64,000 bases of DNA from contig OX597814.1 of assembly GCA_951406725.2 (NCBI GenBank), positions 47,368,001-47,432,000 of the forward strand. The letters are read 5' to 3'. The notes under the pieces were generated by a model, which was not told the origin of the DNA, searched no databases, and worked only from the letters and a program-made list of their open reading frames with translations. Source of the stretch: Octopus vulgaris. Its lineage: Eukaryota. Shown one piece after another: positions 12,540 to 22,900 of the stretch (position 1 is its first letter; the number at the start of each line of letters is the position of its first letter). The translations under genes were made by a program, and so were the position numbers.

Positions 12540-14448
12540 TCACTGGCAAACACATCTGTCCTTTGGACGATTTAAGTTGCTTTGGTGATTTTTTTCACTT
12601 TGCTCCAGGTGCCACTTGAGCTCAGAAAGCCATTTGCTCAGTGGTATTTCCCATGAAGTAAATTTGAAGGAATCAGCATTCAGCGTTGTTGACAGGAAAA
12701 ATAAAGTCAATCCAGTGATAGGTTTGGCCCTGGATTTTGAATGTTGGCATATAAGAGTCTTCATGAACGGGCTTGTGATTGAAACTTGTCATCTGAATGG
12801 CAGGGTTATAAGCGCGAATTTTCTGTATAAATTGCTGCAAATCAGTGTGTTGACTAAAGAGTAAAGAGAGGAAAGGCTGAGGAATGTTTTGCAAGTCAGG
12901 CAAGTAAACCTTTCCATTTAAACAGCATAGGCCACTGGGTTCTCCAACCCACTTGAGGGCCTTGTAAAATGGACATATTACAGACATATTCCCTATAACA
13001 GTCTCTCAATGAGTGGCATAATCCTCAGCAGGATCATAGTTGAATACCTTTGATGCCCATCAACTACTTGATGGCTTCCAATAGCCATGGGCAAGAGCCT
13101 TCTGGTGAACATTAGACTCAAGTCTCATCATCCAATGATTATCATCATCTGCCAACCTTGCAGCAGAAGTGGATGCAGTGGTGCGTGCCCAACGAATAGC
13201 ACTCTCTTCTGGGGTTTCTTTGGCCCTCCTGGCAGAAGTGGATGCAGTGTTGCATGCCCAATGGATAGCACTCTTTTGTGAGGTTTCTGCACCCCTTTTG
13301 TCAACAGCATGCTCTTGATAGGTTTCACCTGCTCTGGAGTGGTTGCAGCTCTTTTCAACAGTCTACAGGACCTCTGATCCTCAATTTTCTTAGCCTGCCA
13401 GCGCTGCTGCCTTGCTGCTGCAGAAGACTTTTTGCCAATGCGTGCTCCCTTTTTAGGTGGCATGCTTATATTATCTGGAAAAGGAAAATGGATTTTAGTG
13501 TACCAAATGATTATCGATTCTATTATAAGCTAACAAAAGCCATTTTATTCTGTCTTCCCACATAGCCTGTGCATTAAGTAACAGCAAATGCTGTATAAAG
13601 TGAAATTGGTATGGAGCTTTCTGAAAGGTACATATACACTAGTGGTAGCAAAACACTTATTTAAAGGTTAATTCTTTGGGATGAATCATATGTGATTGTT
13701 TAAAAAAGGCTAGAACCTCAAAGCTAAAACATATTTGAAACAACAGACAACAGTTAAAATGTCACAATGGATGGATAAATAAGCATCCTTAAAGTGAAAT
13801 AATGCATTGGTAGGTAAACAAAGATATCGACAAATAGAAGAGAGGAAATGGAACGTCACCTTTCGAGTAGCTCAGAAGAGGTAAAGGTAAGCTTGCCAAA
13901 GTTTAATACAGCTTAAATATGGAGATTAAGATTGTTTGGTATTGGACATTCATCTTGTACAGTGTTCCTAGTCAATTTAATCACAGTCAAAAATATTCTC
14001 TAATGCCAAAATACTATGATACAGATTAAAAATGTATGGAAGTCTCTACATACAAAAAAATGATGTACATATGACAAATTTGGAAAATCTTTTAAATTTT
14101 TGGATAAATCTTTGAAATTAGCATAAACATTTATTTACATGAAAACAAAATGAGTTTCCAAATCCTGTTTCCTGACTGGGTCACTGCGCAGGTGGACAGT
14201 TGAAGTAAATAGACAAAATCCTTTCACTTTTATAAAAAGATTAAAAACGTACAGATGACCCTACATACAAAAACCTATGTCCATTTACATCCAATTACAC
14301 AGGAGCTCTGGGCAAAATGTTATAGTGCATGACCATCCTTGGGACATAACTGATGTGTGTGTAAAGTTTGGTGAAAATCAGTTGAGAATTGTAGAAGTGT
14401 ATGTGTTAGTCATTATACACACACATACTGTGATTTATATATACTAGA
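12540..14448 (-). mobile_element. Helitron relic: 5' end and N-terminal RepHel coding region
   Basis: CPFYKALKWVGEPSGLCCLNGKVYLPDL..IRAYN..QMTSF..MPTFKIQGQTYH..FLQIYF is the Helitron N-terminal signature. MPPKK start at 13463. Putative 5' terminus A|TCTAGTATATATAAA at 14448. No 3' end found. Confidence 0.85.
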
Positions 14449-14739
14449 TTATATTCAATCCCTATCTAACCATTTCTCATTCACCCATACACTCTTACAA
14501 CCACAACCCACGTGTTCTATTCCCATTCACTTTTACTCACCTTGTACCTCAGTGTTCTATCCTGATAACTCACCATCACTATTTCTATTTCTGTCCAATT
14601 CTACACCAGTCACTCCCATCCTCACTTATGTAATAAGAGTAGACATGTTGCTCCTGCACAGCAGGAAACCTATTCCATTCTGGCCCCTTTTCTCATACTC
14701 TATTCCTTTATCTCCTGGAATAAAGCCACCCCGCCTCTC

Positions 14740-14975
14740 TACTGTTACCCCGCTCAGTGAAAGAGGATCTTAGTTTTGCAAACTGCATGGCAACCCCACA
14801 ACTGCTGGTATCTCAAGAAAATACCCTTATGCCAGGGTTGGCATTAGAAAGGGCATCTAGCCATAGAAACTATGCTAAAGTAGATATTAGAGTTCAAAGT
14901 GTCTTTAGACCTGTTGAATCCTGTCATGCTATCATATCATGAACCATAGATGTTAAATCATGATAATGTTGGTGA
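14740..14975 (+). mobile_element. Old RTE 3' end
   Basis: GGTTGGCATTAGAAAGGGCATCTAGCCATAGAAAC...GATGTTAAATCATGAT matches the family tail. Confidence 0.7.
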
Positions 14976-16079
14976 TGGCAATGATGCTGATGCTGGTGGT
15001 GGTGGTGGTGGCGGCACAGGTGATGGTGGTGGTATGATTCCATCAATGTATGCAACAATTTATTTATGAGGCCTTGAATTTAACTCATGAGAATTATGTG
15101 TAAAACTCATTTCCTAATGAATTTAATACATAATTCTCATGAGTTAATTTCAAGACCTCATCAATAAATTGTTACATACATAATTACATTATATAACAAT
15201 ATTTAATCAATCAAATTTCAATGAAGCAATTGTAAATTAATATAATAAAATAACTTGCTCACTCAATTGTCCCAGTTTGTAATTGTGTGTGTGTGTGTGT
15301 GTCTTTGATTAGATATCCTATGATGGTTATGAATGAGCATCACCTTCCTTTATAGAAATATTACCTTGCTTGCAAACGGTGACAAGAAGACATCCAGCTG
15401 GAGATTTATTTACCTTTGAAAATATCACCTGACCCATGCAAGTATGGAGAAGTAAACGTTAATTGATGATGAGGATCTAAACTCGTTATTCATTAAGAAA
15501 ATATTAATTTTTTCATTTTATTCAATGTTATTCAACATAACAATACTTTCAGTTTTTTAGAAGCTTTCACTTTCACAGAAGCTTCTGCCTTAGTCAGTGT
15601 GGTTGAAGAGGAGAAGCTGGAAGTTAATTTCCAACGTTAGCCATGGAATTTTCCACTTCTGAACTAAACCCATGATGGTGGCTCCAGATTAACCGTTCAT
15701 TACCCACTTAACACTCTAAACCGATCACAACTATTTCTTACTCTATCTCTATATCATCATCATCATATTTTATTTATTTGTTATTTTATGTCTCACTTTT
15801 TTATATTTTGTTTTATTTTATTTATTGTTTTTTTTTTGTTTTGTTTTTATTAATGCTTGCATGACTAGGTTGAATTTTTGCTTTAGGAGTGGAGTGGCAG
15901 TGAAGAACAACTGTTGTTAAAGGGAGATACTTCTCATACTGTAAACCATTCAACTGTAAAGTAAGAGTGCAGTCTGCTTTCATTCAGGCAAATTAAATCA
16001 TCTAGTTTATCCAGAGACACCGCACAAATCCTATCATCATCATCGTCATCATCATCATGATTATTGATGGTGATGATGG

Positions 16080-17400
16080 TGATAACACTCCTGAAATTTG
16101 TGGGAGGGGTGGTCATTTTCATTGACCCACTCCACCCCAGATCTTGACTGGTACTTTATTTTATTGATCCTGGAAGGGTGAAAGGCAGAGTCAAATTTGG
16201 TGGAATTTGAACTCAGGCAGACAAAATGTTTTGTAGCTACTTTAATAATAATAATAATAATAATCCTTTCTACTAAAGGCACAAGACCTGAAATTTTGGG
16301 TGAGGGAACTAGTCAATTACATCGACCCCAGTGTTTCACTGGCACTTGATTTATCAAACATGAAAGGATGAAAGGCAAAGTCGACCTGGGCAAAATTTGA
16401 ACTCAGAACGTAGCGACAAGTGAAATACTGCTATGTATTTCATCTGACATGCTAACAATTCTACCAGCTCGCTACCTTAATAATAATGATAATGATGATA
16501 ATAATAATAATAATGGTTTCAAATTATGGCACAAGGCCAGTGATTTTGGGGGAAGGGGTAAGCCGATGACATCAACCCCAGTGTTCAACTGGTACTTATT
16601 TTATCAACCCCTAATGATAAAAGGTAAAGTTGACCTTCAAGGAATTTGAACTCAGAACGTAAAGACAGAGAAAATGCCCCAAAGCATTTTACCCAGTGTG
16701 CTAATGATTCTGCCAGCTAGCCACCTTAATAATAATAATAATGGTTTCAAATTTTGGCACAAGGCCAGCAATTTTAGGGGATTAATCAATTACATCAGCC
16801 CCCGCGTTTGTTTAGTATTTCTTTTATCAACCCCAAAAGGATGAAAGGCAAAGTTGACTTTGGCAGAATTTGAATCTGAACATAATGATGGGCAAAATGC
16901 CATTAACCAATTTGTCTGGTGTGCTAATGATTCTGCCAGCTTGCTACCTTAACCCTTTCGTTACTGTATTTCTGTTGAGATGCTCTGTGTTTCTTTCAAT
17001 TACTTTAAATATAACAAAGAATTTAGTAAAATAACTTGGTTATCATTCAGCTAGTGTTAGGAGCATAAATTGTGACAAAGATTTGGGGGAAGATTTTAAT
17101 TCAAAACTTATGAAAACAAGACATTTGTACTCAGAGCCAGAGCCAGTTTCAGCCAGGTTGGTAACGAAAGGGTTAATAATAATAATAAGAATGGTTCTGA
17201 TTCATGTACAAGACCAGCAATTTTGAAGAGGAGGAGATTAGCCAATATCATCAAACCCAGTACTTGACTGATGTGTTATTTTATTGACCCCCAAAGGATG
17301 AAAAAAAAAGTTGACCGTGATGGGATTTGAAATCCAGAACATAAAGCACCAGTAGAAATACTGCAAAGCATTTTTGTCCTATGCTCTAACTGTTCTGCTA
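16080..17400 (-). mobile_element. Head-to-tail cluster of five SINEs with (ATT)n tails
   Basis: Units at ~16080-16235, 16242-16478, 16479-16727, 16728-16948 and 17176-17400 share GGATGAAAGGCAAAGTCGAC..ATTTGAACTCAGAAC (B-box-like GAGTTCAAAT on minus). They are separated by (AAT)n. Confidence 0.85.
16953..17172 (+). mobile_element. piggyBac-type MITE (TTAA TSD)
   Basis: TTAA|CCCTTTCGTTAC...GTAACGAAAGGG|TTAA. Confidence 0.92.
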
Positions 17401-17469
17401 CATGTGGAGACAGCCAAAAGAAGCATTTGACCCAGACAGCCTTCTTCCAACTATTAAAGATGGAGGAGG

Positions 17470-17973
17470 ACCTGTAGGGGGGGGGTTATATCTTGGAAAT
17501 CCGCCAGCCCAATGGTTTCCCTTCATGGCAGAATTAATAGTCAAGTATTTTATCTGATCAAATTCATCCTATGTTTGCAGAACTGTTTCCGGAGGGAAAC
17601 GCAATCTTTCAGGATGATAATGCACCAATTCATGCAGCTAAAGTTGTTACTGAATGACACGAGGAACATTCTAGTGAAGTTGAACATCTTATCTGGCCAC
17701 CACAGTTACTAGATCTCAATATTATTGAACATTTATGGTGCATTTTAGAAAAACTAGTAAGGAGTTGATATCCTCCACCATCATCACTACAAGAACTGGA
17801 GACTGTTTTAGCTGAAGACTGTATAAAAATTCGTTTGGAAACAATTTAAACTTTGTATGAGTCCATACCTCGTAGATTTCAAGCTGTAATTACTGCCAAA
17901 GGCGGTCCTACCCCATATTAAGATAAATTTGTTTGAAATTTTAAGGTATTTCCATTATTTTGTCCAACCCCTG
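17470..17973 (+). mobile_element. Tc1-family transposase 3' relic with right TIR, DD36E spacing
   Basis: IFQDDNAPIHAAKVVTE*HEEHSSEVEHLIWPPQLLDLNIIEHLW..GGPTPY*, ending CCATTATTTTGTCCAACCCCTG|TA. Confidence 0.92.
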
Positions 17974-18232
17974 TATACAGAGGCAGGGAAATTTGTTTAG
18001 TCATTAGAGTCACTATGGGTGTTAATCCAGTCCTAATAGCAGCATTTGTGGGTCTCACAGATCTGGAAGCCAAGCTCCCAGATAAACACTGATGCACAGG
18101 CTGTTGTTATCAAACGGAACATGAGTTGAGGGCAAATACACAACAGAATAGCAATTATTTCATCTTAGCTTTCCCTGCATTTTTGCCTTACAATATGAAA
18201 CATTTCCTTTTCTTTCACTCTTTTTAAAAAAT

Positions 18233-18545
18233 GGCACTCTGTCAGTTATGACAATAAAGTTCCTGTTTATCTGATCAACAGAACAGTCTGCTCATAAAAC
18301 TAATGTACAAGTGGCTGAGTACTCCACAGACATGCATATGATAATATACTTCTCAGAGAGAAAATGTGACAAGGCTGGTCCCTTTGAATTACAACTACAA
18401 CTTATTTTTGCCAGCTGAGTGGATTGCAGCAAGATGAAGAAGAGTACCTTGCTCAAGAACACAGAGTGCCACAGAGAATCATACTCGTGACTTTATGATC
18501 ATGGGCCAAATACCCTTAACCATTGAGCCATGCACCTCCACGCTC
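18233..18545 (-). mobile_element. tRNA-derived SINE (second family)
   Basis: Homologous to 44016-44342(-) and 43580-43790(+). Shared core TTTTGCCAGCTGAGTGGA..CTTGCTCAAG. A-box-like TGGCTCAATGG on minus. Confidence 0.8.
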
Positions 18546-18924
18546 TTAACCATAGAGAAAAGGTGTGAAGCAATAGAGACAGAGAAAGGAAAGCCTCAGT
18601 CATTTACAATGACAATTAGACTGAAATACGATTGATTTTTTTAGCTTCTTTACTTTTAACAAAGAAGAGGGAAGGACATTTAGTAATGAATAGAGGAAAA
18701 GTCTTTCACGTATTTACGCTTTTATTCTGGGAGTTCTAGAACAATCAAGTGTTAATTCTCTCTTTTTTCCCCCACCCCCAGTACTTATTCGACTTCTTTC
18801 ATAGTTCATGTCTTTTAGTTTTGGGGGGGGGACCATGTTTTTGTTTTGAGGCACATTTAACGTTTCTCTACAAACTACAAACAAACCTCCCCTCCCTTTT
18901 TTTTTATTCATACAAGAACTACTG

Positions 18925-19195
18925 CAAATTTCCAATGGCAGAGTGTCTTCTACTATAGCCTCAGGCTAACCAAAGCCTCGTGAGTGAATTTGGTAAACAG
19001 AAACTGAAAGAAGCCCATCACATATATATATATGTGTGTGTGTTTGTGTCTGTGTTTATCCCCCTACCACCATTTGCTTGACAACAAATGTTGATGTGTT
19101 TGCATCACCGTAATGTAGCTGTTCAGCAGAAGAGATTGATAGAATAAGCACCGGGCTTACAGGGAATAAGTCAAGGGTTGATTTCTTCAACTAAA
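18925..19195 (+). mobile_element. Partial SINE of the 41146-41548 family
   Basis: GTGTCTTCTACTATAGCC..GAAACTGAAAGAAGCCC..(TG)n..GATAGAATAAG. Confidence 0.8.
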
Positions 19196-19199
19196 TGGC

Positions 19200-19760
19200 A
19201 GTGATATGGGATGAGGTGGTGTAGCATGATTTTCAAATGTTGGGCCTCATGGAGGCGATAAGTGACTGAGACCTTTGGTGATATGCTGTGCTTCAGAAGA
19301 CTTATCAAGCTAACTGTGGCTGTTGCCATTGTCATGTAAATGGCACCCATGAAATTGTAGTCATGGCTGTTACCGGTAGCATAATCTTTCGAATGTTGGG
19401 CCTCACAAAGGCAATGAGCAGTGACCGAATCCTTGACAATGCTGTGCTGAGAAGATTTGACAAACCAAGTGAAATTATAGTCAGTCGTAGCCACTATTGG
19501 TCTCCTGTAAATGGCACCTATGAAAGCATAGTTGTGACTGTTGCTGGTGTCATGTAAACGGTACCCTGCTGGTGTAAATGGCATGTAAAAGCACTCATTA
19601 CACTCTTGGAGTGGTTGGCATTAGGAAGGACATTTAGCCATAGAAACCATGCCAAATCAGACTGCAACCTGGTGCAGCTTCTAGCTTACCAGTTCCAGTC
19701 AAACCATCTAACCCATGCCAGCATGGAAAGCAGACATTAAATGATGATGATGATGATGAC
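19200..19760 (+). mobile_element. RTE 3' end with a duplicated ORF2 C-terminal segment
   Basis: AATGTTGGGCCTCA..GAGGC occurs twice (~19236, ~19392), then GGCATGTAAAAGCAC..GGTTGGCATTAGGAAGG and a (GAT)n tail. Confidence 0.85.
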
Positions 19761-19787
19761 ATATATATATACATATATAGATAAATA

Positions 19788-20078
19788 AATATCAAATGGA
19801 AATTGTAGTTGTGATATCTGTGCCCGTGGCACGTAAAAAGCACCATCCGAACGTGGCCGATTCCAGTGCCGCCTTGACTGGCTTCTGTGTCGGTGGCATG
19901 TAAAAAGCACCCACTACACTCATGGAGCGGTTGGCATTAGGAAGGGCATCAAGCTGTAGAAAGACTGCAAGATCAGACTGGAGCCTAGTGTAGCCTCCTG
20001 GCTTCCCAGACCCCGGTCGAACCATCCAACCCATGCTAGCATGGAAAACGGACGTTAAACGATGATGATGATGATGAT
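19788..20078 (+). mobile_element. RTE 3'UTR copy with 2 structured modules
   Basis: Two TGTG(C/T)-NNGTG-GCAYG-TAAAAAGCACC modules plus the tail, flanked by (TA)n. Confidence 0.9.
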
Positions 20079-20884
20079 ATATATATATATATGCACTCAT
20101 GCAATAAGCAGAGTATAACTGCTAGATAAAGAGCTTAGCTTATTAACTGTGTAAATGAGATGCTCTTTTGTTCTTTGATGCAGCTTTTGTGAAAGTTTTA
20201 TTTGATCTGTAGACTGCCAATAGCTTAAAATGAAATTGCTACTCATATCTGTTGCTTAGTTCAGCTTGGGAAGCTGCCTGGAATTTCTTTTTCTTTTCAC
20301 TATGATACTGTTAAATTTACTAAATTACTTTGTCATAATACTATAATGGTTAACAATGAAGGCCTACATCAAGCAAACATGATTTTTATTTAAAATCATT
20401 AGAAAGGACATCTACCCATAGAAACCATGCCAGAGATGACACTGAAACTCAGTGTAGCATTGCTGCTTACAAGTTCTTGTCACACTGTCCAACCCATGCC
20501 AGCATGGAAAGTGGATGCTAAATGATGATTATCATTAGGATTGCTAGCTACATTGTCATTGTCATCAACATTACCATCATGTTTCTTTCTCTTTTTTTAG
20601 GCTTCGAAAATAGGTGTGGAAGGTAACACATTGCTAAAGGTGCTTTGTTGTATTTCTGTTTTATGATATATTAGCTTTACTTTACTGTAAGAAATATTTA
20701 TTTGCTACTTTGCAACAAAGCCAGAAATTGGTGTAGGGGTTAAACAATAATTTATATTTACTCCAGTACTTGACTGGTAGCTGTTTTATCAACCCGGAAA
20801 TGAAAAAAGACATCAACCTCATCAGAGTTTGAACTCAATGTAAAGGTACACAACTAAATACAGTTTAGGCATATATATTATCCA

Positions 20885-21225
20885 CCACTCTACTGATTCT
20901 CACATGAGAATTTTTACAAAGAAATTACCTATGGACAAACTAGTGACCGACCAGACCATCAGATGTTACACATCACTAGTCACAATGCGTTCGCATTGTT
21001 TTAGACTTCGAATGACGCCACCCCGCTGGCTAAGTGAGCAGGCCAACAGAAGAAAGAATGAAAGAAAGAGTGGTGAAAGGGTACAGCAGGAATCATCACC
21101 CCCTGCCGGAGCCTCGTGGAGCTTTTAAGGTGTTTTCGCTCAATAATAAACACTCACAACGGGAATCAAAACTGCGATCCTACGACCGCGAGTTCGCTGC
21201 CTTAACCACTGGGGCATTGCGCCTC

Positions 21226-21228
<3 letters not shown>
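20885..21228 (-). mobile_element. Young tRNA-derived SINE
   Basis: Minus-strand head GGAGGCGCAATGCCCCAGTGGTTAAGGCAG..GATTCCCG, CpG-rich, adjacent to (TA)n. Confidence 0.7.
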
Positions 21229-21267
<39 letters not shown>

Positions 21268-21628
21268 TAGATAGATACATAGTGTCATATAAACATGTAC
21301 GTACATGTTTAGGTGTGTATACATTTGGTGAATGCAATTCTTTATGTATCCATGTATGCATGTGCATTTATATAAATATTCCAGAGTTAAGTGAATTGTT
21401 TTTGTATAACGTGGATAAATTAAGAAATGTAGTTGAATGCAGGTATTATTCAACCATTTCTTAATTTATCCATGCTGTACAAAAACAATTCACTTAACCC
21501 TGAAATTTCTACCTTTATTAGTAGGCTGTAATATCTTCGGCACTTATGTGAACTTTTGCTACCCTGGTAACTATTTATTTACTTTTTCCTTGTTATATGT
21601 ACACATTGAAAAATATATATTATCTATA

Positions 21629-21660
<32 letters not shown>

Positions 21661-21663
<3 letters not shown>

Positions 21664-22861
21664 CAGCCTCCACTGGCTTCTGTGCCTGTGGCACATAAAA
21701 AGCACCATCCGAACATGACCGATCCCAACCCCGCCTCGAATGGCTTCTGTGCCGGTGGCACATGAATATCGAACCAAATATCAATGGAAACAGTAGTTGT
21801 GATACCTGTGCCGGTGACACATAAAAAGCACCATCCGAACGTGGCCCTTGCCAGTACAGCCTCCACTGGCTTCTGTGCCGGTGGCACATAAAAAGCACCA
21901 TCCGAACGTGACCGATGCCAACCCCGCCTCGAATGGCTTCTGTGCCGGTGGCACATAAAAAGCACCATCCGAACGTGGCCGATGCCAGCACCGCCCTGAC
22001 TGGCTTCTGTGCCGGTGGCACATAAAAAGCACCATCCGAGCGTGGCCGACGCCAGCACCCCCTTGACTGGCTTCTGTGCCAGTGACACATAAAAAGCACC
22101 AACCGATCGTGGGATCCCGGAACATCTCGCTGTGCTTGAGGAGACCTGTTGAGTCAAGTGCATGTACATGAACATCGAACCAAATATCAATGGAAACAGT
22201 AGTTGTGATACCTGTGCCGGTGACACATAAAAAGCACCATCCGAACGTGGCCGTTGCCAGTGCAGCCTCCATTGGCTTCTGTGCCGGTGGCACATAAAAA
22301 GAACCATCCGAACGTGGCCGATGCCAACCCTGCCTCGAATGGCCTCTGTGCCGGTGGCACATGAACATCGAACCAAATATCAATGGAAACAGTAGCTGTG
22401 ATACCTGTGCCGGTGACACATAAAAAGCACCATCCGAACCTGGCCGTTGCCAGTGCAGCCTCCACTGGCTTCTGTGCCGGTGGCACATAAAAAGAACCAT
22501 CCGAACGTGGCCGATGCCAACCCTGCCTCGAATGGCTTCTGTGCCGGTGGCACATAAAAAGCACCATCCGAACGTGACCGATGCCAGCACTGCCTTGACT
22601 GGCTTCTGTGCCGGTAGCACATAAAAAAAAGCACCAACCGATCGTGGCCGATGCCAGACCCCTTTGACACCTGTGCAGGTGGCACGTAAAAAGCACCCAC
22701 TACACTCGCGGAGTGGTTGGCGTTAGGAAGGGCATCCAGCTGTAGAAACACTGCCAGATCAGACTGGAGCCTGGGACAGCGCCTGGCTCCCCAGACCCCG
22801 GTCGAACCGTTCAACCCGTGCTAGAGCGGAAAACGGACGTTAAATGATGATGATGATGATG

Positions 22862-22862
<1 letters not shown>
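21661..22862 (+). repeat. RTE 3'UTR with an expanded array of 15 structured ~67-bp modules
   Basis: TGTGC module starts at 21681, 21748, 21807, 21874, 21941, 22008, 22075, 22213, 22280, 22347, 22406, 22473, 22540, 22607 and 22672. It ends in GGACGTTAAA(TGA)n. Confidence 0.95.

Positions 22863-22900
<38 letters not shown>

Noticed and set aside
21661-22700. CRISPR array
   Set aside because: Eukaryotic context with no cas genes. The variable parts are only ~10-15 nt, recur in order and are related to each other. The unit is part of an RTE 3'UTR found in many dispersed copies.
21620-22814. Long repetitive ORFs (144-279 aa) on the minus strand
   Set aside because: They are by-products of a stop-poor 67-bp repeat cycling through frames, antisense to the element, with no domain signature.
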